DNA of 64,000 bases from an uncultured Gammaproteobacteria bacterium (GTDB taxonomy: Bacteria; Pseudomonadota; Gammaproteobacteria; Xanthomonadales; Rhodanobacteraceae), in assembly GCA_963697495.1 (NCBI GenBank), contig CAVOOH010000004.1:320245-384244 (forward strand), written 5' to 3'. Shown here piece by piece: positions 39,291 to 49,238 of this stretch. A program made the translations under genes and the position numbers. The stretch's first letter is position 1, and each line of letters starts with the position of its first letter. The notes beneath the pieces were generated by a model that was not told where the DNA came from, did no database searches, and was given only the letters and a program-made list of their open reading frames with translations.

Positions 39291-40778
39291 ATGACCCGTC
39301 TGGTCATCGTTGTCGAAAAAGCCTCCGACTGGAGCTCGTACTATCCGTCCGTCGACGTGATGAGCGCGATGGATTACCTGCGCACGCCGGTCGGCGGCGA
39401 CGACGAACGCACCCACGTGATCAACCTTTGCCGCAGCTACAAGTACCTCGGCACCGGCTATTACGTATCGCTGCTGGCGGAGGCGCGCGGGCACAAGGTG
39501 ATGCCGTCGGTGCGCACGGTGAACGACCTGCGCCGGCGCTCGCTGTACGGCCTGGACATCGACGATCTCAACCAGAAGCTGACCCATTTCCTGCCGGCCG
39601 GCGGCCGTGACACCACCGATTTCGGTATCCTGGTCTACTTCGGCGAGACCGCCTACCCGGCACTGCAGGATCTGGCCCGGCAGGTGTTCGAAATGTTTCC
39701 CTGCCCGCTGCTGCGCATCGAGTTCGAGCGCGATCGCGTGTGGCAGGTCAGTTCGATCAAGCCGGTCGGCCTGCACACGCTGGACGACGCGCAGGAGGAT
39801 GCGTTCGCCGAGGAGCTCGACGGCTTCTCGCGCAAGCTGTGGCGCAAGCCGCGCGCGCGGCGCCAGTTCCGCTACGACCTGGCGATGCTGGTCGACCCGA
39901 AGGAGCAGATGCCGCCATCGAACCGGAAGGCGCTGAAGTCCTTCGTCGCCGCGGGCAAGGAGCTTGGGATCGAGGTCGATCCGATCGGCAAGAACGACTA
40001 CCAGCGGCTGGCCGAATACGACGGCCTGTTCATCCGCGAGACCACCGCCTCGGACAACCACACCTACCGCTTCGCCCACCGCGCGGAGAAGGAAGGCATG
40101 GTGGTGATCGACGATCCCAGCTCGATCCTGCGCTGCACCAACAAGATCTACCTCAACGACCTGATGGTCTCGCGCAAGCTGGCTGTCCCGCACACGGAGA
40201 TTCTCTACCGCGACGACAGCAAGGGCATGAAGGAAGTCGTCGCCAAACTCGGTTTCCCGCTGGTGCTGAAGATCCCGGATGGCTCGTTCTCGCGCGGCGT
40301 GGTCAAGGTCGAGGACGAGGACTCGCTGGCGCAGGCGGCCAGCGGCCTGTTCCAGCACAGCGCGCTGCTGCTGGCGCAGGAATACGTCTATACCGAATTC
40401 GACTGGCGCATCGGCGTGCTCAACCGCGAGCCGCTGTACGCCTGCAAGTACTACATGTCGCGCGGCCACTGGCAGATCTACAACCACGGCGCCAAGGGCA
40501 CCGCGAAATCCGGCGGCTTCGAGACGATCGCGGTGAAGGATGCGCCGGCCGAGGTGGTCAAGCTGGCGCTGAAGGCGACCCAGGCGATCGGCGACGGGCT
40601 TTACGGCGTCGACCTGAAGCAGGTCGGCAACAAGCCGGTGGTGATCGAGGTCAACGACAATCCGTCGATCGATGCCGGCGTCGAGGACGCCCATCTGGGC
40701 GACGAGCTGTACCTGCGGATCATGCAGGAGTTCCTGCGCCGGATGGAGCGCAAGCGCCAGGGCGGCAGCACCCCCTGA
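39291..40778 (+). CDS. RimK-like ATP-grasp ligase with N-terminal RLAN domain
   Basis: VINLCRSYKYLGTGYYVSLLAEARGH (RLAN); PLVLKIPDGSFSRGV, QEY, GVDLK, EVNDNP. Confidence 0.9.
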   Translation: MTRLVIVVEKASDWSSYYPSVDVMSAMDYLRTPVGGDDERTHVINLCRSYKYLGTGYYVSLLAEARGHKVMPSVRTVNDLRRRSLYGLDIDDLNQKLTHFLPAGGRDTTDFGILVYFGETAYPALQDLARQVFEMFPCPLLRIEFERDRVWQVSSIKPVGLHTLDDAQEDAFAEELDGFSRKLWRKPRARRQFRYDLAMLVDPKEQMPPSNRKALKSFVAAGKELGIEVDPIGKNDYQRLAEYDGLFIRETTASDNHTYRFAHRAEKEGMVVIDDPSSILRCTNKIYLNDLMVSRKLAVPHTEILYRDDSKGMKEVVAKLGFPLVLKIPDGSFSRGVVKVEDEDSLAQAASGLFQHSALLLAQEYVYTEFDWRIGVLNREPLYACKYYMSRGHWQIYNHGAKGTAKSGGFETIAVKDAPAEVVKLALKATQAIGDGLYGVDLKQVGNKPVVIEVNDNPSIDAGVEDAHLGDELYLRIMQEFLRRMERKRQGGSTP

Positions 40779-40800
40779 CGGGTCGACTCCCCGCTCCGCC

Positions 40801-41058
40801 TCAGTGCCAGGCGATGCTGCGGACCATGCGTCGGCGCGGCCGGCACAACGCCAGCAGCTGCCGCGGCAGCGAGGGTTCCAGCGCCAGCAGCACGATCAGC
40901 GGCGCCCCGAGCAGCCAGAATGCCGGCGTCCAGCCGAGCAAGTCGGTATGTGCCGGCACCAGCGTGCTCAGCAGCAACGCGCCGCCGCCAAGCAACCACA
41001 GCGCGGCGGCGCCGAGCAGGTGTTGATGATGTAGGGAAGGCAGGGCTTGCGTGCGCAT
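40801..41058 (-). CDS. Small two-TM membrane protein
   Basis: MRTQALPSLHHQHLLGAAALW...LGWTPAFWLLGAPL; GGAG RBS. Confidence 0.65.
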   Translation of the reverse strand: MRTQALPSLHHQHLLGAAALWLLGGGALLLSTLVPAHTDLLGWTPAFWLLGAPLIVLLALEPSLPRQLLALCRPRRRMVRSIAWH

Positions 41059-41166
41059 GGGCAGTCTCCGCGGGAAAGTGAGCGCAGATTGCCGTGCTCC
41101 CATCTCATCGATTGCGACGTAGTGGCGGCTTGTAGAATGGACCCCAGCAACCATCAGGGAATCCCC

Positions 41167-41997
41167 ATGCCAGCCGCCCAGTTCGCCGTGTTCGGCCATC
41201 CGATCAGCCACTCGCTGTCGCCGCAGATCCATCAGGCGTTTGCGCGGCAATTCGGCATCGAACTGGAGTACCGCGCGATCGACGCGGCACCGGCCGGGTT
41301 TGCCGCGGCCGTGCAGCGCTTCTTCGCCGATGGCGGCCGCGGCGCGAACGTCACCCTGCCGCACAAGGCGGCGGCGTTCGCGCTGGCCGTGCAGCGCAGC
41401 GAGGCGGCCACCCGCGCCGGCAGCGCCAACGTGCTGACCCCGCTGGCCGACGGCCGGCTGGCCGCGCACAACACCGATGGCGACGGCCTGGTGCGCGACC
41501 TCACCGAGCGCCACGACATGGACCTGCGCGGTCACACCGCCCTGCTGCTGGGCGCTGGCGGTGCCGCGCATGGCGTGGCGTGGAGCCTGCTGGATGCCGG
41601 CGTGGGGACGCTGACCATCGTCAGCCGCAGCGCCGAGACGGCCGACGCGCTGGCCGACGCAATCGGTGAGCCGGCGCGCGCGCATACCCGCTACTGGTCC
41701 GACCTGGCCGACATCGGCAGTTACGACATGATCATCAACGCCACCTCGGCCGGTGTGCTCGGCGTGTCGCTGCAGCTGCCGTCCTCGCTGGTCGGTGCGC
41801 GCGCGCTGTGCTACGACCTCTCCTACGGCGCCGCCGCCACCGGTTTCCTGAGCTGGGCGACGGCCGCGGGCGCGCGCTACGCATTCGACGGCCTCGGCAT
41901 GCTGGTGGAAACCGCCGCCGATGCGTTCGCGCTGTGGCACGGCCAGCGGCCAGACACCGGACCGGTGTACCAGGCATTGCGCCGGCAATCCGCTTGA
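41167..41997 (+). CDS. aroE: Shikimate dehydrogenase
   Basis: [40 protein letters not shown]. Confidence 0.95.
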   Translation: MPAAQFAVFGHPISHSLSPQIHQAFARQFGIELEYRAIDAAPAGFAAAVQRFFADGGRGANVTLPHKAAAFALAVQRSEAATRAGSANVLTPLADGRLAAHNTDGDGLVRDLTERHDMDLRGHTALLLGAGGAAHGVAWSLLDAGVGTLTIVSRSAETADALADAIGEPARAHTRYWSDLADIGSYDMIINATSAGVLGVSLQLPSSLVGARALCYDLSYGAAATGFLSWATAAGARYAFDGLGMLVETAADAFALWHGQRPDTGPVYQALRRQSA

Positions 41998-42260
41998 ACA
42001 CGCTGGCCTGCCGCGCCGGTTGCGGCGCCTGCTGCATCGCGCCGTCGATCAGCTCGCCGATCCCCGGCATGCCGCATGGCAAGCCGGCCGGCGCGCGCTG
42101 CGTGCAACTTACCGAAGACAACCGTTGCGCGATCTTCGGCCGCCCCGAGCGGCCCGTGGTATGCGGCAGCCTGCGCGCCGAGCCGGCGATGTGCGGCACG
42201 GACCGGACCCATGCGCTGGCCTGGCTGACGCGGCTGGAAGCAGTCACGGCGACGCGCTGA
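41994..42260 (+). CDS. YkgJ/YeiW family cysteine-cluster protein
   Basis: [33 protein letters not shown] start overlaps the aroE stop. Confidence 0.88.
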   Translation: MNTLACRAGCGACCIAPSISSPIPGMPHGKPAGARCVQLTEDNRCAIFGRPERPVVCGSLRAEPAMCGTDRTHALAWLTRLEAVTATR

Positions 42261-42372
42261 CGCGGTGCCGCCACACGGCTGAAATACGGCCCGGCCAAAA
42301 TGGCGGAATCCGCCGGGAGCACGTCGATGACGGAGACTCCAGTGCGCGGGCAGCGTTTGCGCAGCAGGTGTC

Positions 42373-42924
42373 ATGCCCCGTTTCCTTTCCGCCGTATCGC
42401 ACCGATACGTGCTTGCCCTGCTCTGCCTGTTATTGCTGGTCGCGGCTGGCGGCATTTTCTGGTACAGCCGGGCGGCCGCGAACGCCGCGCCGGATGACGC
42501 CATGGCGTCATCCGGCGGGTGGGCGGATGCGCCGGCCGATGACGCGTCCAACGGCAGCGGCATCCTGCTCGGGCTGGCCCGCGAGGCGATGCAGGACGGC
42601 CGCCTGTTGGCGCCGGCCGGCAGCAATGCGTGGGAGTTCTACCTCAGCGTGCTGCAGCTGGAGCCACAAAGCCGGCCGGCGCAGGAGGCGCTGCGCGAAT
42701 CCTTCCCGCGCGCCGCGGACGAGATCGAGCGCACCATCAACCGCGGGGAGCTGGAAGAGGCGCGGCGCGAGATCGACCTGCTGCGCGAATTCGACCGCGA
42801 CAACTTTACCGTGGCCCTGCTCGGCGGCAAGCTCTCCGCCGCGCGCAATATCGTGATGAAGCAGCACGAGGCCGAAGCCGAACGCATCCGCCAGGCGAGC
42901 GCCAGGCGCGGTGCCGCGATGTGA
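42373..42924 (+). CDS. Membrane-anchored helical protein resembling the N-terminal domain of long TonB-like proteins
   Basis: Single TM, then AREAMQDGRLLAPAGSNAWEFYLSVL; no TonB C-domain. Confidence 0.7.
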   Translation: MPRFLSAVSHRYVLALLCLLLLVAAGGIFWYSRAAANAAPDDAMASSGGWADAPADDASNGSGILLGLAREAMQDGRLLAPAGSNAWEFYLSVLQLEPQSRPAQEALRESFPRAADEIERTINRGELEEARREIDLLREFDRDNFTVALLGGKLSAARNIVMKQHEAEAERIRQASARRGAAM

Positions 42925-42937
42925 CGCGTCGCCGGGG

Positions 42938-43267
42938 TCAACGCAGCAGTGGTCCGGCCCTCGCCAGCAGCAGCTCGACCAGTTCCGGCTGCATGAATGC
43001 GTAGTGGTCGGGGATGCCTAGGCAAACCACCCGCTTGCCCCTGAGCCGGGCGCGGTGGCGCGCCTGCAGACGACGGCGGTGGCTGGCCTCCATCACCACG
43101 ATCAGTTCGGCCCAGTCCAGGTGCTCGGCCGACACCGGCACCTCGGCATCGTCGGCCAGTCCGGCGGAGTCGGCTTCGATGTCCGGCCACGCCGCGAACA
43201 CCTGTTCGGCGGTGGGACTGCGCAGGCGGTTGCGGCTGCACACGAACAGCACGCGTCGCGCCGCCAT
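42938..43267 (-). CDS. Low-molecular-weight protein-tyrosine-phosphatase-like protein
   Basis: VLFVCSRNRLRSPTAE (CX5R), DSAG, LGIPD. Confidence 0.88.
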   Translation of the reverse strand: MAARRVLFVCSRNRLRSPTAEQVFAAWPDIEADSAGLADDAEVPVSAEHLDWAELIVVMEASHRRRLQARHRARLRGKRVVCLGIPDHYAFMQPELVELLLARAGPLLR

Positions 43268-43800
43268 CACGCCGACGCCAGGTATTCGTCTTTCAGGCGC
43301 ACGTAGTGCTCGGCGGAATAGTGCAGATGCTCGATCTGGCGGTCGCTAAGCAGGCGCACGAACTTCGCCGGGTTGCCCAGCCACAGTTCGCGCTCGCCGA
43401 CCACCTTGCCCGGCGGGATCAGCGCGCCGGCGCCGACGAAGCCGTACTTCTGCACCACCGCGCCGTCCAGCACGCTGGCGTGCATGCCGATCAGGCAGTA
43501 GTCGCCGATCGTGCAGGCGTGTACCACTGCGGCATGGCCGATGGTGACGCCCTCGCCGATCAGGCACGGAAAACCCGGGCCGTACGGGCCGGCGTGGGCG
43601 ACGTGCACGATGCTGCCATCCTGGATGCTGCTGCGGGCGCCGACGCGGATGTGGTTGACGTCGCCGCGCAATACCGTGCCGGGCCAGATCGAGACATCGT
43701 CGCCGAGCACCACATCGCCGATCACGCTGGCGGCCGGGTCCACGTAGACGCGTTCGCCGAGGGTGGGCGTGATGCCCTTGTAGCTGCGCAGGGAATTCAT
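43267..43800 (-). CDS. Gamma carbonic anhydrase family protein (YrdA-like)
   Basis: Hexapeptide repeats, LRGDVNHI, IQDGSIVH, TIGH..VVHAC. Confidence 0.92.
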   Translation of the reverse strand: MNSLRSYKGITPTLGERVYVDPAASVIGDVVLGDDVSIWPGTVLRGDVNHIRVGARSSIQDGSIVHVAHAGPYGPGFPCLIGEGVTIGHAAVVHACTIGDYCLIGMHASVLDGAVVQKYGFVGAGALIPPGKVVGERELWLGNPAKFVRLLSDRQIEHLHYSAEHYVRLKDEYLASA

Positions 43801-43941
43801 CCGCACATGGTAGCGGCCGCTGCGTCCGGTGGGGATGGGTCCGAGCGCGGAGCGGAAACCAGTCGTCGTCGCGCCATCACATGATCATGCTTGATTTCGG
43901 CTCGCGTGGTCGCCACGCTGGCGGCTGGAAAAGGAGCGTTC

Positions 43942-46000
43942 ATGAGTCACGACAACCCGCTGCTGGCCGACGACACCTTGCCGGCGTTCACGCAGATCCG
44001 CCCCGAGCACGTCGAGCCGGCGATCGACACGATTCTTGCCGACTACCGTGCCGGCATCGATGCGCTCACGGCGCCGGCTGCGCCGCGTGATTTCGCCACG
44101 CTGATGCTCACCCAGGAACGGCTGGAGCAGCGGCTGGCGCGGGCCTGGGCGCCGGTCAGCCATCTGCATTCGGTGGCCGACAGCGAGGCGCTGCGCAAAG
44201 TCTATGGCCCGGCCGAGGAAAAGCTCACCGAGCACGCGATCGAACTGGGCCAGAACCGTGCGCTGTACGCCGCGGTGCAGGCACTGGCCGATGCACCGGA
44301 TTTCGCCGCGTTGCCGCGGCCGGAGCGTGCGCTGGTCGAACATGCGTTGCGCGATTTCAGGCTGTCCGGGTGTGGCGCTGGAAGAGCCGGCGCGTTCACG
44401 CTTCCGCGAGATCGGGGTGGAGCTGTCGAAACTCTCCACCGAATTCTCCAACGCCGTGCTCGACGCCAGCGAGGCGTGGCACGAGCACATCAGCGACGAG
44501 CGCGATCTCGCCGGCATCCCCGAATCCGGTCGCGCGGTGCTGCGCCAGTACGCCGAGGATCAGGATCTGGACGGCTATCTGGTCACCCTGAAACAGCCCA
44601 GCGTGCAGGCCGTGCTCAGCTATGCCGACAACCGCGGCCTGCGCGAGCGGGTGTACTGGGCGTACCAGACCCGTGCCTCCGACCAGGGCCCGAACGCCGG
44701 CAAGTTCGACAACAGCGCGCGCATCGAGAAGATCATGGCGCTGCGCCACGAGGCCGCGCAGCTGCTCGGCTTCGCCAATGCGGCGGAGGAATCGCTGGCG
44801 ACCAAGATGGCCGCCTCGCCGACCGAGGTGATGGAGTTCCTGCACGACCTGGCCACCCGCGCGAAACCGGTGGCACAGCAGGAGCTGGCCACGCTGCGCG
44901 AGTTTGCCCACACCGAACTGAAGCTCGACAACCTGGAAGCGTGGGACGTCGGTTACGCCTCGGAAAAGCTGCGCCAGCGGCAGTACGCGCTGGACGAGGA
45001 ACAGCTCAAGCCGTACTTCCCGCTGCCGGCGGTGATCGACGGCCTGTTCGGGCTCACCGAAAAGCTCTACGGCATCACGCTGGCCGCGCGCGACGGCGTC
45101 GACGTGTGGCATCCGGACGTGCGCTACTACGACGTGCGCGATGCGGATGGCCGCGTGTTTGCCGGCGCCTATGTCGACCTGTACGCGCGCAACGGCAAGC
45201 GCGGCGGCGCGTGGATGGACGTCTGCCGCGCCCGCTTCGACGACGGTGACAATCGGCAGTTGCCGGTGGCCTTTCTCACCTGCAACTTCGCCCCGCCGAC
45301 CGAGGGCAAGCCGGCCCTGCTCACCCACGACGACGTGCTGACCCTGTTCCACGAATTCGGCCACGGCCTGCATCACCTGCTTACCGAGATCGCGCTGCCC
45401 TCGATCGGCGGCATCGACGGCGTCGAATGGGACGCGGTGGAACTGCCCAGCCAGTTCATGGAGAACTTCGGCTGGAACCGCGAGGCGCTGGATCTGTTTG
45501 CCCGTCACTACGAAACCGGCGAGCGGTTGCCGGACGAACTGTTCGAACGCATGCTGGCCGCGCGCCACTTTCACGCCGGCCTGTTCCTGGTGCGCCAGCT
45601 GGAATTCGCGCTGTTCGATTTCCTGCTGCATCTCGACTACGACCCTGCGCGGGGTGCCCACACGCTGGCCGTGCTGGAGAGTGTCCGCAAGCAGGTCGCG
45701 GTGCTGCATCCGCCAGCGTGGCAGCGCTTTCCGCACGGCTTCAGCCACGTCTTCGCTGGCGGCTATGCAGCTGGTTACTACAGTTATCTGTGGGCCGAGT
45801 TGCTGAGTGCGGATGCGTTCGGCGAGTTCGAGGAACACGCCGGAGAAAACGGCAGCGTGATTGATCGCGCCATCGGTGAGCGCTTCCGCCGTGAGTTCCT
45901 TGCGGTCGGTGCCAGCCGGCCGGCGCTGGAAAGCTTCATCGCCTTCCGCGGCCGGAAGCCGCAGCCGGAGGCGCTGCTGCGCAGCCACGGTCTGGTCTGA
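43942..46000 (+). CDS. prlC: Oligopeptidase A (M3), apparent frameshift near 44372
   Basis: NPLL N-terminus, FHEFGHGLHH, WDAVELPSQ, GGYAAGYYSY. Confidence 0.93.
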
Positions 46001-46064
46001 ACACGGGTCGTGTCGCGCCGTTCGATTCGATGGCGCGTCACGGCAGATTTTTATCGAGGCAAAG

Positions 46065-46088
46065 AAAAGCCCGCCGAAGCGGGCTTTT
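46065..46088. terminator. Bidirectional intrinsic terminator
   Basis: AAAAGCCCGC-CGAA-GCGGGCTTTT. Confidence 0.9.
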
Positions 46089-46113
46089 CAAGATCGCTCA
46101 AATCCCGAAGGAT

Positions 46114-46323
46114 TTAGGCAACCTGGACTTCCTCAGCCTGCAGGCCCTTCTGGCCCTTGGTGACGACGAACGTGACGCGCTGGCCTTCCTGCAGGGACTT
46201 GAAGCCCGTGCCCTGGATCGCGCGGAAATGCACGAACAGGTCGTCACCGCTTTCCGGGGTGATGAAGCCAAAACCTTTGGCGTCGTTGAACCACTTGACT
46301 GTACCGCTCTGACGATCCGACAT
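46114..46323 (-). CDS. Cold-shock protein (CspA family)
   Basis: [15 protein letters not shown] (RNP1), LFVHF (RNP2). Confidence 0.96.
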   Translation of the reverse strand: MSDRQSGTVKWFNDAKGFGFITPESGDDLFVHFRAIQGTGFKSLQEGQRVTFVVTKGQKGLQAEEVQVA

Positions 46324-46645
46324 GTAACATTACCTTTGAAGCATGGATGGTTTGCGGCCTGGAGCGGAATGCGCCTAGCCACAATAGAAGCAGGAAATCG
46401 GAGTTACCCCAGACTCTTGCTTGGCCAGCATACACCGGAATACGGATGTCCGGTGGGTTTTTTACGCGAACTTCCGCGAACTGGCCTGCCTAGGCCGCCC
46501 AAAGCCCCCGCTTTTTCGAGCCGAACCGCACTGCGGCGCCATTCCTGCCCACGCGACGGGTACGACCGGGCTTGTCGTGCCCGGTCGGGCCGGGTGGTTT
46601 TCGGCGCCGGGCAACCCCCGCCGGTGCTTCCCTTACAATGCGGCG

Positions 46646-47425
46646 ATGAAGATCGCCTCGTGGAACGTCAATTCGCTGAAGGTGCGCCTGCCGCACCTCA
46701 CCCAGTGGCTGGCCGACGCGCAGCCGGACGTGGTGGCGCTGCAGGAAACCAAGCTGGAAGACGCGAAGTTTCCGCTCGACGAATTGGCTGCCGCCGGTTA
46801 CCGCGCGGTGTATTCGGGCCAGAAGACCTACAATGGCGTGGCGATCCTGGCCCGCGCCGAAGTCCATGATGGTTTCAGCGACATCGTCACCGACATTCCC
46901 GGGCTGGATGATCCGCAGCGGCGGATTCTCGCCGCCAGCATCGGCGGCCTGCGGGTAGTGGATCTGTACGTGGTCAACGGCAAGGCGGTCGGCGACGAGA
47001 AATACACCTACAAGCTGGACTGGCTGGCCAAGGTGCGCGAGTTTTTGGCGCGCGAGCTGGAGCGTCACCCCAACCTGGTGGTGCTGGGCGATTTCAACAT
47101 CTGCCCGGACGATCGCGACGTCTACGATCCGGTCGCCTGGGGCGAAGACATCCTGTGCTCGCCACCGGAACGCGCCGGGCTCAAGGCGATCACCGACCTT
47201 GGCCTGCACGACAGCCTCCGGCTCTTTCAGCCCGAGGCCGGACACTTCAGCTGGTGGGATTACCGGCAGGCCGCGTTCCGACGCAACATGGGCCTGCGCA
47301 TCGATCTGATCCTGATCGGCGAGGCATTGAAATCCGCCGCCACGGCGGCGGCGATCGACCGCGAACCGCGTCGCTGGGAGCGCCCCTCCGATCACACGCC
47401 GGTGACGCTGGAACTGGATATTTAA
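46646..47425 (+). CDS. xth: Exodeoxyribonuclease III
   Basis: MKIASWNVNS, LQETK, GDFN, RIDL, SDHTPV. Confidence 0.95.
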   Translation: MKIASWNVNSLKVRLPHLTQWLADAQPDVVALQETKLEDAKFPLDELAAAGYRAVYSGQKTYNGVAILARAEVHDGFSDIVTDIPGLDDPQRRILAASIGGLRVVDLYVVNGKAVGDEKYTYKLDWLAKVREFLARELERHPNLVVLGDFNICPDDRDVYDPVAWGEDILCSPPERAGLKAITDLGLHDSLRLFQPEAGHFSWWDYRQAAFRRNMGLRIDLILIGEALKSAATAAAIDREPRRWERPSDHTPVTLELDI

Positions 47426-47430
47426 AGTAG

Positions 47431-48108
47431 ATGACTGCAAAGACCGAATGGCCCAGCTCACTGGGCGACAACGAGCTGGATGAACTGGATCGCTATCTGC
47501 GCGCGCATACCGGCGAAGGCGACCTGCTGCTGGACGGCGTGCATGGCCTGCTCAGCGCGCTGGCGGTCGGTCCGTTGCTAGTGCTGCCGGATGAATGGCT
47601 GCACGAAGTGCTGCACGAGCCGTTCGCCGACGAGGACGAGGGCAACCGCGTGCTGGCGCTGCTGGCCAAGCTCAACGATTCGATCATCGCCGAGCTCGAG
47701 GTCGACGCCTACGAGCCGATCCTCGGCGAGGTCGAGATGGAAAGCGGCCCGATGCTGTCTGCCGCTGGCTGGTGCGAAGGCTTCAGCCGCGGCATCGACC
47801 TGCGCGCCGGGCTGTGGGAAAGCCGGCTGGCCGAGGACCCGCAGCTGATGGAATTGCTTGGCCCGGTGATGGCGCTGGCGGTGGACGAAGGCATTCTCAG
47901 CGCCGACACCGAGTTCGAAAAGCTCAGCGACGACGAATACGACGAATGCCTGGCCCAGGTGCCGGGCGTGCTCGGCGCGGTGAACCAGTACTGGCAGGCC
48001 AAGCCCGCCACCGAGGCGGAAGTCGAGGCGATGGTGCGCCAGCAGAAGCCGGAGACCGGCGACGATGGCAATCCGCCGCGCCAGCGCAGCGGACACTGGG
48101 TGCATTGA
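47431..48108 (+). CDS. UPF0149/YecA-family protein lacking the SEC-C motif
   Basis: LDGVHGLLSALAVGP..V.PDEWL, WCEGFSRG; acidic composition. Confidence 0.8.
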   Translation: MTAKTEWPSSLGDNELDELDRYLRAHTGEGDLLLDGVHGLLSALAVGPLLVLPDEWLHEVLHEPFADEDEGNRVLALLAKLNDSIIAELEVDAYEPILGEVEMESGPMLSAAGWCEGFSRGIDLRAGLWESRLAEDPQLMELLGPVMALAVDEGILSADTEFEKLSDDEYDECLAQVPGVLGAVNQYWQAKPATEAEVEAMVRQQKPETGDDGNPPRQRSGHWVH

Positions 48109-48293
48109 GGTTTGAGGTCCGGAGCGGGCAGAAAGCGGCGCCTCGCCGGAACTCCCTCGCAAGTTTCTCCCCATCCGCTGCCCGCCCTCCGCACTGTTGT
48201 CGCGGTGGAACGATCCGTTCCGGCCCCGGTGCTTGGATATGTGCGCGAACGGAGCCATCTTGGCTGCCAGTCATCCTTTATCCGGAGCACGCC

Positions 48294-49128
48294 ATGAGCG
48301 ACCGCCACATCACCCGCCGCATCCGCGGCATCGACACCGCCGACGGCGCCGGCGTCAAGCTGAAGCGCATCATCGGCCAGCCCGGGCTGGACATGCTCGA
48401 TCCGTTCCTGCTGCTGGACGAGTTCCGCTCCGACAGCGCCGACGACTACATCGCCGGCTTCCCGGAGCATCCGCATCGCGGCTTCGAGACGGTCACCTAC
48501 ATGCTGGCCGGGCACATGCAGCATCGGCGACAACCACGGCAATCGCGGCGATCTCACCCCGGGCAGCGTGCAGTGGATGACCGCCGGCCGCGGCATCCTG
48601 CACTCGGAGATGCCGCAGCAGGAAAACGGCCTGATGTGGGGCTTCCAGCTGTGGGTGAACCTGCCGGCGAAGGACAAGATGACCGCGCCGCGCTACCAGG
48701 ACATCGGGCCGGAGCGGATTCCGGTGGTGCATCCGGCCGCCGGCGTCGAGGTGAAGGTGATCGCCGGTTCGCTGGCCGGCGCCACCGGCCCGGTCGAAGG
48801 CATCGTCACCGCGCCGGTCTACCTGGACATCAGCCTGCAGCCCGGCGCCGCGCTGACGCTGGATCTGCCAGCCGGGCACCACGGCTTCGCCTACGTGTTC
48901 GACGGCGATGCAGCCCTGGTCGGCGGCGAGCAGCTGCGCCGCAGCGAGCTGGGCGTGCTGTCCGACGGCGAACAGCTGCAGCTGGCTGGCGACCATCAGC
49001 CGGCGCGCCTGCTGGTGGTGGCCGGCAAGCCGCTGAATGAGAGCGTGGCGCGTTACGGGCCGTTCGTGATGAACACGCCCGAGCAGATCCACGAAGCGAT
49101 TGCCGACTTCCGCGCGGGCAAGTTCTAA
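48294..49128 (+). CDS. Pirin family protein, apparent frameshift near 48525
   Basis: LDPFLLLDEF, HPHRGFETVTY; QWMTAGRGILHSE and GPFVMNT in another frame. Confidence 0.92.
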
Positions 49129-49147
49129 ACTGAGAAACGCTTTTCGT

Positions 49148-49224
49148 CACCGCCTCCTCTCCCCTGCGGGGAGAGGAGCGTGCCCAAAGGAAATCCCCTT
49201 GCGGGAAAAGGTGAGAGGCGGGTG
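49148..49224. repeat. REP-like palindromic element between convergent genes
   Basis: CTCCTCTCCCC-TGC-GGGGAGAGGAG plus a degenerate second unit ending GGTGAGAGG. Confidence 0.6.
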
Positions 49225-49238
49225 TTCGCCCGGAAGTC

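Noticed and set aside
43890..43918. Possible sigma-32 promoter for prlC (CTTGAT...CGCCAC)
   Set aside because: The -10 match is too weak to call from sequence alone
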